DNA of 25,424 nucleotides from a bacterium (lineage in GTDB: Bacteria; Oederibacteriota; PGYV01; Palsa-1178). The translations under genes and the position numbers were made by a program. Below, in pieces: positions 1 through 8,675 of the stretch (its first letter is position 1; each line of letters starts with the position of its first letter). Location of the stretch: assembly GCA_037138355.1 (NCBI GenBank), contig JBAXIL010000025.1, positions 1 to 25,424 on the forward strand, read 5' to 3'. Under the pieces are notes generated by a model. It was not told the DNA's origin and did no database searches. It worked only from the letters and a program-made list of their open reading frames with translations.

Positions 1-2
1 AT

Positions 3-2294
3 TTATCTTAATATAGCCAATCTACTTAAAGCTTTTTGTTCTGCATCTCCTGATGATGCTTTAATCTTATATATATAAACTCCCGAAGCGAGTTTTTTTC
101 CATCTTTATTAAGTCCATTCCATAATATTTCATTTTTTCCTGCAGGACAAGCCACCTTAGTGGTTGACCCAACAAACTCACCTGATATGGTATAAAATCT
201 TATAGAAACTTCTGAAGCAACAGATATATAAAATACAATATGCGTTGTGTCAGGAAAAGGATTCGGATAATTTGTAATAGGTGTCAAAACTAAAGCAGGT
301 GGCGTGAGTGTCAATGTTGGTGTTATAGTTTGCGTAACTGTCATAGTACTCGTGTCTGTTACGGTGTTCGTACTTGTTGATGTCATTGTACGAGTAACTG
401 TTGGCGTAAAAGTGTTTGTACTTGTCTGCGTTGGTGAAGCAGTATTTGTTGAAGTATTAGTATTTGTATAAGTATAAGTGTTTGTTGGTGTATTTGTAGA
501 AGTATTAGTAATTACAGGAGTATTAGTTGGTGACGCGCCTATTACAACTACTGTTGCATCATTAGAAAGCTTTGGAGGTTGACTCTCATCAGAATCTATT
601 GAGCTTGTATTATGTATGCTTGTCCCACTGGCACAAGCATCTGCTGTCACCCAAAAGGAGCGATTCGTCTGAACATTGTCAAGCCGTCCAGGAAAATCCC
701 AACGAACAATTTTATTTATCGTATCATAAGTACAAGTATCACAACCCACATAAGTAGTACAATTAGGAAGGGTGTCATATACACGACTATTCATAGCAGG
801 ACCTGGACCGAATATTTTCAAATTATCAAATCTGTCTTCCACTTCATTTGTTTGAAATCCAATTCTACCTGGAACAGCAAGCGATGCAGTATTATCATTT
901 AAATTTATTGGCCAAGTTGCAGGCTCAACATTTCCTCTTTTCCAAACTTTTAATTTAAAGTTATTCCCTCTTACTTCAACCTTCATTGTGAACCAAGTAT
1001 CATAAACTATTGAAGCATCATTTACACATAGTAATTGTGTCCAAGTACCTCCAGCCACCCTATCAAAACAAATCTGATGAGCATCAGCCTGAAACCTGGC
1101 ATGATACATATTTTGCGCATCAATAAAATTAAATACTAAAACAGCATCTCCAGGTCCATTTATAGCAGGCACATACATATCAGCAGTGAAAATACCATCA
1201 TGAAGCGCCGGTGTATTTTTTATAAGTTTCGGCCAGGTCCCCATTGAAGTTGTTCCTGTTAAAATTCCACCTCCAACCGTCCATGTACCACCTGGAACTT
1301 CTTGAGTCCAGTTAGTAATATCTGCTGCTGCATCAAAGGCAGTATAATCTTCTGCAGTATAACCATCATTAGTTATTGACATAGTATATGTGATAGTATC
1401 ACCCACATTAACTGTTGAAGGCATTGCCGTTTTGGTAACATTAAATAAAGTATTCGGTCCCGTTGTCATAGTCACGCTATTGCCTGCCACTGTTCCTAAC
1501 TCAGTTGAAGAATACGATGCTTGATTTGTAATAACTGTTCCATCAAGAACTCCTGCTTTAACTGTTCCCATCCAAGTGACAGAGCCTTTAACAGGAGCAG
1601 TAATTGAACCAAGATTAAAAACCACGTCACTTCCTACAAGTGTGCCACCGTTATATGCTTTTAAAAAATCTACTTCTGGAGGTAGTGGATCTGTAATTAC
1701 AAAACTATTGGTATTCACCACAGAATAATTTATTGTGTACATTATATTATATCCAGCGGCCGTATTTGTGCCTTCTACTGTTTTAGTAATTGATGCCGCT
1801 GCTGCAGGAAGTGGTAAAGTAAATGTTGCATAATTTTGTGCGCTTACCTGAACGCCTGGCTGTAAATAACAGTTATAATCTCTCATACCAACAATGACAT
1901 AATATAACACTCCAGGAATCAAATCAGCAGGAAGATTAAAAACAGCAGACGAAGCAGGTGTGCCTATTGGAATACCTGGACCTAAAGCGCAACCACCTCT
2001 AACATATGCAGTAGCCGGCGAAGCAGGAGAAGCACATGTTTCGTCTATTACCACCCACTGTCCCACACTGCCTGCATCTCGTAAAGTAGAAGAAGTGGAA
2101 ATAATTATCTCGTAGTGTGGATTATTAAATTTAGAATCTATCGTATAATCCCAATTCACCTGTAAAGTTCCTCCGAGCACAGGTGAAGCTGGACTATATG
2201 TAATTCCTGAAACAGCCGTAATATTTCCAGAAAATATGGCAAAAGGGATTAACAACATAATAACAACTATAAATAAAAACCTTTTTTTTGCCAT
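3..2294 (-). CDS. Secreted multidomain surface protein: signal peptide, two DUF11-like Ig repeats, inserted concanavalin/lectin-like beta-sandwich, Thr/Pro-rich linker, C-terminal FlgD-Ig/T9SS type A-like domain
   Basis: 763-aa ORF with AGGAGG SD. Basic then hydrophobic N-terminus. DUF11-like motifs 'ITKTV...YTINY...ITDPLP' and 'VTKTA...VGDTITYTMSITNDG...VYDTLP'. C-terminal 'NYPNPF...IYTISGE...WNGLNKDGKKLASGVYIYKI'. Confidence 0.8.
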   Translation of the reverse strand: MAKKRFLFIVVIMLLIPFAIFSGNITAVSGITYSPASPVLGGTLQVNWDYTIDSKFNNPHYEIIISTSSTLRDAGSVGQWVVIDETCASPASPATAYVRGGCALGPGIPIGTPASSAVFNLPADLIPGVLYYVIVGMRDYNCYLQPGVQVSAQNYATFTLPLPAAAASITKTVEGTNTAAGYNIMYTINYSVVNTNSFVITDPLPPEVDFLKAYNGGTLVGSDVVFNLGSITAPVKGSVTWMGTVKAGVLDGTVITNQASYSSTELGTVAGNSVTMTTGPNTLFNVTKTAMPSTVNVGDTITYTMSITNDGYTAEDYTAFDAAADITNWTQEVPGGTWTVGGGILTGTTSMGTWPKLIKNTPALHDGIFTADMYVPAINGPGDAVLVFNFIDAQNMYHARFQADAHQICFDRVAGGTWTQLLCVNDASIVYDTWFTMKVEVRGNNFKLKVWKRGNVEPATWPINLNDNTASLAVPGRIGFQTNEVEDRFDNLKIFGPGPAMNSRVYDTLPNCTTYVGCDTCTYDTINKIVRWDFPGRLDNVQTNRSFWVTADACASGTSIHNTSSIDSDESQPPKLSNDATVVVIGASPTNTPVITNTSTNTPTNTYTYTNTNTSTNTASPTQTSTNTFTPTVTRTMTSTSTNTVTDTSTMTVTQTITPTLTLTPPALVLTPITNYPNPFPDTTHIVFYISVASEVSIRFYTISGEFVGSTTKVACPAGKNEILWNGLNKDGKKLASGVYIYKIKASSGDAEQKALSRLAILR
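301..535 (-). repeat. Low-complexity Thr/Asn/Pro-rich coding linker (TNTPTNT-type degenerate repeats)
   Basis: Translation SPTNTPVITNTSTNTPTNTYTYTNTNTSTNTASPTQTSTNTFTPTVTRT...TLTP; alternating Thr residues. Confidence 0.8.
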
Positions 2295-2330
2295 AGTTTT
2301 TATCCTCCTAAAACAAAATTACCAATAAAA

Positions 2331-4118
2331 TTATGCAAAAATTTTTGCACATACCAAATCTGGATTATTCCCAAGAACCCTTTGAACAATCGAATCTTCT
2401 TTAATTATCTTTTTTACCATTTCCCTGCCTGCATCTGTACTTCTATTTGTATATTTCATTATTGTATCGCGTACTTCTAAAGGTTCTGATTGTGCTACAT
2501 ATTGTAATAATAACCTGACATTATTTTCTATATTATATATAGTTGCATACCTAAGCAATATATTTATACGGCGTTTTGACATTTTTGGCGGTGGCCCGAG
2601 ACCATTTAAGCAATTAAACACAAAGTCCATATAATTAGTCACGGCATCATCGCGGGAAGCTGCATCCACAAGCTCTGAAGACATAACCATATTCATTTTT
2701 TTATCCTGACCTGTCCATTTTACTTGTGCTGTTTTTTCCACTTTGCCAGTATAGTCACCCATAAAAGTTCCTTCATTTATCTCTCCACGATAATCATATA
2801 TAGGATCCTTTGCAAGATACATTCCTATGGCTTTCATAACCTGAAAATCTACTGGTGAAAAAGAAACTTTTGCACCTTTTTTTCCTGGCTCCCCTGTAAC
2901 AAAACCCATAATAAAACGGTCCTCCAAAAAGTCCACATAATTTCTTATTGGTTCTATAAGTATCGGAGGGATAATAAAATTTCCGTCTTCATCTTTTGGA
3001 AATGCATTTGTATGTATACCAAGTATTTTATCAAGAGAAGTAATTACATTTTTTGGTGTGCAAAAATATGAATCATTTGCTTTTTCAAGATCTGGTATCT
3101 GCGAATTAAGCAGTATTCTTGCACCAGAGTATGGAACTCTGTTTGCTGATTTTTCAGAGGCACTTACTATAAAACTATTTATTATACTCACATCTCTTTT
3201 TATTATATCCGTATGTTCCGCATTATATGAGTCAACTGCACTATTTTCTTCAGCAGTCACTACCGTCAAGGCCTTTTCTATTTCAATTTCTTTTAACTTT
3301 ATATCATCTATCTTTTCTTTTATGGAGTCCACACACTCTGCTGAGCGAGTGAATGTTTCTGAATATAATTTTGTAAAATCGGCAAGCATTTTTGCTATCA
3401 TATCCGATCTAAAAGCCAACATATCTTTCATTTTAATTTCTTCAGGAGTAAGTTTGCTTCCTTTACTCAAAATTCCAAAATATGTATTTAAAGCGTCAAA
3501 ATTATTTTTAAATGCTTTTAACTTTATCTGGTCCAGCTGCTGTATCTTGTCCATATATGAACCCAGCATTCTAACAAGGTTGGCACCAATTTTCAGACTA
3601 TCATTTTTTTTCCATTCTAAGCTTGCTTTAAGTTTTTTTGGATCAACTTTAGTTTCTGTTTTTTTAGATTTTCTTTTCCCCGAAGTGTCTATCAGTTCTA
3701 TCTTACCCTCTGCTATTGCTTTCATTTTTTCTGTAACTGAATAAACTGCACCTGAAGCCGCGCTGGATGTATCTTTATTCCAAAAATCCGCAAAAAGTTG
3801 TTCATAAACTTTAGAATCCATAAGCACTATTTTATTTCCATTTATTTCTACGAAATCGCCTATGGCTCCAGTACACATAAAAAGTTCCTGATATTTATTC
3901 ATATTATTCATTTTTTCATTTATGATTGCACTTACAAGAGTATTATAAGCATTTCTTAATTTATTAACCTTTACCACATCATCAATCTTATTTCCACTAT
4001 CTGATTTTTCTTTTCCAAAAAATTCAATTGCCCCAAGCACATTTGCTTTTATCTCTGAATCAAGTCCTTCAAAAATGTGATTAATAGCTTCTCCTTCTTT
4101 AAATTGTACTGACTCCAT
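2331..4118 (-). CDS. Hypothetical cytoplasmic protein, largely helical, with a central coiled-coil-like segment
   Basis: 595-aa ORF with AAGGAG SD at 4128-4133. No signal peptide or TM segment seen. No family I can name with confidence. Confidence 0.8.
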   Translation of the reverse strand: MESVQFKEGEAINHIFEGLDSEIKANVLGAIEFFGKEKSDSGNKIDDVVKVNKLRNAYNTLVSAIINEKMNNMNKYQELFMCTGAIGDFVEINGNKIVLMDSKVYEQLFADFWNKDTSSAASGAVYSVTEKMKAIAEGKIELIDTSGKRKSKKTETKVDPKKLKASLEWKKNDSLKIGANLVRMLGSYMDKIQQLDQIKLKAFKNNFDALNTYFGILSKGSKLTPEEIKMKDMLAFRSDMIAKMLADFTKLYSETFTRSAECVDSIKEKIDDIKLKEIEIEKALTVVTAEENSAVDSYNAEHTDIIKRDVSIINSFIVSASEKSANRVPYSGARILLNSQIPDLEKANDSYFCTPKNVITSLDKILGIHTNAFPKDEDGNFIIPPILIEPIRNYVDFLEDRFIMGFVTGEPGKKGAKVSFSPVDFQVMKAIGMYLAKDPIYDYRGEINEGTFMGDYTGKVEKTAQVKWTGQDKKMNMVMSSELVDAASRDDAVTNYMDFVFNCLNGLGPPPKMSKRRINILLRYATIYNIENNVRLLLQYVAQSEPLEVRDTIMKYTNRSTDAGREMVKKIIKEDSIVQRVLGNNPDLVCAKIFA

Positions 4119-4279
4119 TTACCAATGCTCCTTCTGACTTTTCGTGAGGCTTTTGCCTTAACATTAAAAGTCATGATATTTTTGAAAATACAAATCTATA
4201 TATAGGGAACGCTGTTTCAATTATAAAAAACAACATTTATATACATACCCTATTTATTGATTTGAAAATCTATTGTGTA

Positions 4280-4308
4280 ATATTATACTCTATTTATTGC
4301 TTTGTCAA
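4280..4308 (-). promoter_or_regulatory. Putative sigma70 promoter for the 595-aa gene
   Basis: Minus strand TTGACA (4308-4303), then 17 nt, then TAATAT (4285-4280). An overlapping TATAAT sits at 15-nt spacing. Confidence 0.55.
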
Positions 4309-4402
4309 TTTAATAAAACCTTTATAAAACTGAATGTTTTATACTATTTAATCGTTTTTTTATCACATTAACACTATTGTATACAATCTCAACCTGAAGT
4401 TC

Positions 4403-4678
4403 TTATTTATAGTAACAAATATAGGCAACTTCTCCAACTGCCTCAACACCAAAAGACAGGTTTGCTGCAACAATAAAACTTGCTCCCTTATTATATGTGA
4501 CAAAATCTTTCCCAGGAAGTTTCGCTTTCAATATACCTGCTGTTATTACCATAGTTTCTTCCTTAGCCGTTGAAAAAGTATAATTGCCGCTTTCCATGAC
4601 CCCTACTGTGGCATATCCTTCAGTTGTATTAATACTGAGACTTTGAACCTTTCCATTAAAATACTCTGAATGTTTCAA
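4403..4678 (-). CDS. ppnP: Pyrimidine/purine nucleoside phosphorylase (YaiE/DUF1255)
   Basis: 'HSEYFNGKVQSL...ATVGVM..GNYTFST...ETMVITAG.L...YICYY' matches the family. TTG start with AAGGAG SD. Confidence 0.9.
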   Translation of the reverse strand: MKHSEYFNGKVQSLSINTTEGYATVGVMESGNYTFSTAKEETMVITAGILKAKLPGKDFVTYNKGASFIVAANLSFGVEAVGEVAYICYYK

Positions 4679-4754
4679 TGTTTTCTCCTTTTATGTTTTT
4701 TCAATCATTTTTTTTCTTGCCGCTTAAGTGACTAAAATCTAAGCCTCATTTGTC

Positions 4755-5801
4755 CTACTTTTTTTTTGTTTCTTCAAAACCATGCATAGAAACTCCAAGT
4801 AATCGTATTTTTTTTATACCTGCCTCTGTCTTTTTAAAGAGCTCCTGTATATATTTATTAATTGTTGCACCTGCTTGTATTTGTTTGTCAATTGTAATAC
4901 TACGGGTTATTTGTTTAAAATCAAAATATTTTACTTTTAAAGTTATGGTCTTTCCTTTTATGCCTTCTCTTTTCATGTCTGTTTCCACTTCAAAACATAA
5001 TTGCTCCAGTATATCTTTTAATTCTGCTAAATCATTACTGTCTTTTGCAAATGTAGTTTCTCTTCCAACTGATTTTCTAATCCAGTTAGGTTCTACTAAA
5101 GAATCATCTATACCTCGTGCTAAATTATAAAACCATGCACCGGCTTTTCCAAAATTATCTTCAAGTTCCTGTAAAGTTTTTTTCCTTAAATCTGCCCCTG
5201 TTTTAATATTTATGGCATGCATATTTTTTTCCGTTACCTTTCCCACTCCATGAAAATCTCCTATAGGCAGCTTGGCAATAAAATCAAGCGCCCTCTCCGG
5301 AGTCACTATAGTCAAACCATCTGGTTTTTTATAACCAGATGCAATCTTTGCAAGAAATTTGCAGTACGAAACTCCAGCCGAAGCAGTAAGTCCTGTCTGT
5401 GCAAATATCTTTTTCTTTATCTCTCTGGCAATTACAGTTGCAGATTTAATTTCCATATAATTATCAGTAACATCCAGATACGCCTCATCTAAAGACAGTG
5501 GCTCTACAAGATTTGTATATTCATGAAATATTTTTCTTATTATAGAAGAAGCTTCCTCGTATTTTTTAAAATCAGGACGAAGCAGGACCGCTTCTGGACA
5601 TAAGGCAAGGGCTCTTACTGTTGACATAGCTGAGTGTACACCGAACTTTCTGGCTTCATAAGAACACGCAGCCACTACACCTCTTTCTTGCACTGTACCA
5701 CCTACTATTACAGGTCTTCCCTTTAATTTTGGATTGTCTCGTTGTTCAACAGATGCATAAAAAGCATCCATATCCACATGAACAATTTTTTTTACATTCA
5801 T
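4755..5801 (-). CDS. dinB: DNA polymerase IV (Y-family)
   Basis: Motifs HVDMDAFYASVEQRD, SYEARKFGVHSAM, EPLSLDEAYLDVT, KFLAKIAS..KKPDG, IRKSVGRETTF. Confidence 0.96.
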   Translation of the reverse strand: MNVKKIVHVDMDAFYASVEQRDNPKLKGRPVIVGGTVQERGVVAACSYEARKFGVHSAMSTVRALALCPEAVLLRPDFKKYEEASSIIRKIFHEYTNLVEPLSLDEAYLDVTDNYMEIKSATVIAREIKKKIFAQTGLTASAGVSYCKFLAKIASGYKKPDGLTIVTPERALDFIAKLPIGDFHGVGKVTEKNMHAINIKTGADLRKKTLQELEDNFGKAGAWFYNLARGIDDSLVEPNWIRKSVGRETTFAKDSNDLAELKDILEQLCFEVETDMKREGIKGKTITLKVKYFDFKQITRSITIDKQIQAGATINKYIQELFKKTEAGIKKIRLLGVSMHGFEETKKK

Positions 5802-5808
5802 GATTAGC

Positions 5809-6375
5809 TCAAAACCATTTACTTCCAGATTTATGTGCCTTATAACTTTTTATATATTTAATAGCTTCCTTCTCATCTTTTGCCACATAAAACATTTTAT
5901 ATAATTCTTTATTAATAAATTTTTCTTTTTCAAACATTTTAAATATCAACATAAGTTTATTGTAGAAGCCGCCTGTATTTAAAAAGACCAAAGGTTTATT
6001 ATGATAGTGTAATTGTTTTAGCGTAAGTATTTCCATAACCTCTTCAAGAGTTCCTATCCCACCTGGTAAAAAAATAAAAGCACCAGATTTTTTTTCCATA
6101 ATTGTTTTTCTACTGCGTAAATCTTTTGTTATTATAAGCTCATTTAAATCTTCTTTGGAAATTCCATAATTATGTAAGGCCTTTGGCATTACTCCGGTAA
6201 CACGGCCACCTGCTTTTATTACAGCAACTGCTATTTCCCGCATTAATCCCCTATCTGCACCACCATAGACGAGATCATATCCGTTTTTTACCATTTCTTT
6301 ACCTAAGCTATTAGCCGCAGCAAAGTATTTTTTAGCTACCTCATCAGATGAGGAACAAAACACGCATATTTTCAT
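5809..6375 (-). CDS. LOG-family (TIGR00730) nucleotide phosphoribohydrolase
   Basis: ICVFCSSS, LVYGG, GLM, RK and PGGIGTLEE motifs. ATG at 6375 preferred over GTG at 6381 because of the AGAGGT SD. Confidence 0.92.
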   Translation of the reverse strand: MKICVFCSSSDEVAKKYFAAANSLGKEMVKNGYDLVYGGADRGLMREIAVAVIKAGGRVTGVMPKALHNYGISKEDLNELIITKDLRSRKTIMEKKSGAFIFLPGGIGTLEEVMEILTLKQLHYHNKPLVFLNTGGFYNKLMLIFKMFEKEKFINKELYKMFYVAKDEKEAIKYIKSYKAHKSGSKWF

Positions 6376-6393
6376 ATACACCTCTTTTATATA

Positions 6394-6422
6394 ATTTTAT
6401 CAGTAAAAAGAACTCCGTCAAG
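6394..6422 (-). promoter_or_regulatory. Putative sigma70 promoter for the LOG-dinB(-ppnP) unit
   Basis: Minus strand TTGACG, 16 nt, then TGaTAAAAT extended -10. Confidence 0.5.
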
Positions 6423-6468
6423 GAATAAAAATATATTATCTTTTTTTTGTTTTTGTAGTATACTTCCT

Positions 6469-6497
6469 TTGTTATTAAACATTTGGGTTGCTATACT
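6469..6497 (+). promoter_or_regulatory. Putative sigma70 promoter for lepB
   Basis: TTGTTA, 17 nt, TATACT, with an extended -10 TG. Confidence 0.4.
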
Positions 6498-6524
6498 TAA
6501 ACCCTCAAAATTAAAGGAGTTCAT

Positions 6525-7247
6525 ATGAAATACATTGATTGGATGGAGATTATTTATTGGAGCCTTTTTGTTTTGCTAATTATAGGTGAAATTCTTGTGG
6601 CATTTGTTTTTAAGCTTGATAAGAAACATGTGGTTCGTGATTGGGTAGAACCTGCTTTTGAAGCCATGATTATAGCAACAATTCTGCGTATTTTTGTTAT
6701 ACAGGCATTTGCTATACCTACACCATCTATGGAAAATACTCTAATGGTAGGCGAACATCCTATGGCTATTAAGTTTGCTTATGGTCTTTATAATCCCATG
6801 GATCAGAAAATGTATTTTGATTTTAATAAACCAAAACGCGGGGATGTAGTTATTTTTCGTGACCCTACCGAGAAAACAAACTCCATGTGGATAAAGCGCT
6901 GTATGGGTCTTCCTGGAGATACTATTCAGGTAAAAGATAAAGCACTATATATTAATGGCAAAAAAATGGACGAGCCATATATTGTACATAAAGATATGAG
7001 GATATTTCCAGCCTATTACCAACCAAGAGATAATTTCGGTCCTATAACCGTCGCTCAAGGAACGCTCTTTATGATGGGCGACAATAGGGACGAGTCATAT
7101 GACAGCAGATTTTTTGGAGCATTACCAATAAATAAAATCAGAGGGCAAGCAGTTCTTGTTTACTGGCCTATAGATAAAATTAAATTAATAAAACAAATTA
7201 AAGTCGAAGTACCACCACCAGCAGTAGTACCTACGCTAACTAAATAA
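6525..7247 (+). CDS. lepB: Signal peptidase I
   Basis: Two N-terminal TM segments, catalytic Ser in IPTPSMENTL, Lys in WIKRCMGLPGD, and GDNRDESYDSRFFG box. Confidence 0.95.
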   Translation: MKYIDWMEIIYWSLFVLLIIGEILVAFVFKLDKKHVVRDWVEPAFEAMIIATILRIFVIQAFAIPTPSMENTLMVGEHPMAIKFAYGLYNPMDQKMYFDFNKPKRGDVVIFRDPTEKTNSMWIKRCMGLPGDTIQVKDKALYINGKKMDEPYIVHKDMRIFPAYYQPRDNFGPITVAQGTLFMMGDNRDESYDSRFFGALPINKIRGQAVLVYWPIDKIKLIKQIKVEVPPPAVVPTLTK

Positions 7248-7277
7248 TTTTTTAAAAGTAGCGTATGTTAAATATAT

Positions 7278-8078
7278 CTATATTATTTTATTTGCTTTAA
7301 TTTCTTCATGTGTTGAATAATAATAAAACCCTAATTTTTCATACACTTTTATGGCTGGAATATTATCAGAAAGCACATTCAAGCCGATATAGCTGACATC
7401 TTTCCACAAATCCATAAGCAAGCTCGCTGTTACAGAACTACCATAACCCATACCTCTATATTCAGGAGCAGTTGCTACATTACCAATGACTGCTATACCT
7501 ATTTCTTTTGAATAAAAGTGTACACCAGCCATGGCAATTAAATCTGAATTTTTCCTTATAATAAAATACTTTCCAGTTTCAAGCATTGCAGGTACAAAAA
7601 ATGCCAATGGATTTATACTTCTTAAAAAATCATTTATTACTTCAAAATCATTTTTATTTACTCTATATGTATACTCCGAATACTTAATAGCTTTATCAAC
7701 CATAATATTTCCTATTATCTTCATTTTATTATATTTAACTAAATTGCTTATCTCATATTCTGGTTTTAACAAAGCCGCAGTTTCACTTATCAAATGGGCA
7801 TTAAAAGCATTTGGAAGTTTTGCTTTTATTTCACTCAAAAGGATAGCAGCTTCTTTTGTGTTTTTATTTTCCAATAAAAACAGAAAATTATCATCACTGG
7901 CTTGTGCTATGTGTACCATAGCCACGGCTTTTATTTCATTATTTTCTAAAGCACAAAACCATTTTGACCGAGTAAAAAGTTTTTCATTAAGATTTCCTAT
8001 CTCATATAAATGTTGATATGGGTCTTCCAGTAAAAAAGCTTTTATTTTTTCTCTGTCAAAAATTTCTCTTATTTCCAT
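7278..8078 (-). CDS. GNAT-family N-acetyltransferase (C-terminal FR47-like GNAT domain)
   Basis: GNVATAPEYRGMGYG acetyl-CoA motif and NIPAIKVYEKLGF. Start overlaps the upstream stop (TAATG). Confidence 0.88.
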   Translation of the reverse strand: MEIREIFDREKIKAFLLEDPYQHLYEIGNLNEKLFTRSKWFCALENNEIKAVAMVHIAQASDDNFLFLLENKNTKEAAILLSEIKAKLPNAFNAHLISETAALLKPEYEISNLVKYNKMKIIGNIMVDKAIKYSEYTYRVNKNDFEVINDFLRSINPLAFFVPAMLETGKYFIIRKNSDLIAMAGVHFYSKEIGIAVIGNVATAPEYRGMGYGSSVTASLLMDLWKDVSYIGLNVLSDNIPAIKVYEKLGFYYYSTHEEIKANKII

Positions 8079-8632
8079 TATTTTATTTCCTTTTCACTAA
8101 ATACCTGCGCTTCAAAAATATATATTTCAGTTTCTTTGTCCTTATAAGCATCAGCTGGTAAGCAGGCCTTTCCCTCACATAAGTTTTCCATAAACTGCTC
8201 TTTGGACCACCCTGTCTCCACGGCTACCTGTGGAAGAAATACGCCACTGGCAAAACCGCGTTTAACTATAACCCCATGTACTCCCAGTTTTATTTCATCC
8301 AGATTTTTTATCTTTTTTTTGGGAAATAAAACCGATACCTCCAAAACTATATCTTTTAGTTCCTCCACCTTTACTGGTTCAAATCTTGGGTCACTTGAAG
8401 AAGCTTCCATAGCCATTTCAATTATAGTTTCATATAAAGGTTTGTTTGATTCTATCATTCCTATACAGCCTCTTAATTGTTTGTTTTTATGCAAGGACAC
8501 AAAGGCTCCTGCCTGCTGTTTTAGATTTTTATTATCAGTTATATATTTTTTTATGATGCCATTGGTTACATAAGATTCCATGGCTTGCCTGGCTAAAACA
8601 AGAATTTCTTTCTTTTCTTTTGGTGTAAGCAT
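8078..8632 (-). CDS. amrA: AMMECR1-domain protein (AmmeMemoRadiSam system protein A)
   Basis: GAFVSLHK..QLRGCIG, DPRF.PV..EEL, EVSVL, GVFLPQVA.E.GW motifs. Confidence 0.9.
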   Translation of the reverse strand: MLTPKEKKEILVLARQAMESYVTNGIIKKYITDNKNLKQQAGAFVSLHKNKQLRGCIGMIESNKPLYETIIEMAMEASSSDPRFEPVKVEELKDIVLEVSVLFPKKKIKNLDEIKLGVHGVIVKRGFASGVFLPQVAVETGWSKEQFMENLCEGKACLPADAYKDKETEIYIFEAQVFSEKEIK

Positions 8633-8675
8633 TTATTCCCTCCTAAGCATAAAATAAAACCTTCTTAAAAATCTC

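Noticed and set aside
301..535. Repetitive DNA as a CRISPR array or VNTR
   Set aside because: The repeats are degenerate, in-frame codon patterns of a Thr-rich linker, with no fixed-length repeat-spacer structure.
3058..3744. 228-aa plus-strand ORF, and similar antisense ORFs at 7531-8016, 8202-8573, 15502-15939, 16075-16485 and 16416-17024
   Set aside because: They lie antisense to well-supported genes, have the Ser/Phe/Ile-rich composition typical of reverse-frame shadows, and show no recognisable motifs.
4147..4158. GGCAAAAGCC in the structured leader as part of a c-di-GMP-I riboswitch
   Set aside because: Only a short resemblance. The GNRA tetraloop/receptor architecture and three-way junction are not evident.
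4376..4387. 12-bp palindrome ATTGTATACAAT just downstream of ppnP as a second LexA site
   Set aside because: It shares GTATAC with the lexA promoter but has the opposite half-site arrangement and lies about 70 nt upstream of the next -35. An AT-rich palindrome like this could be chance.
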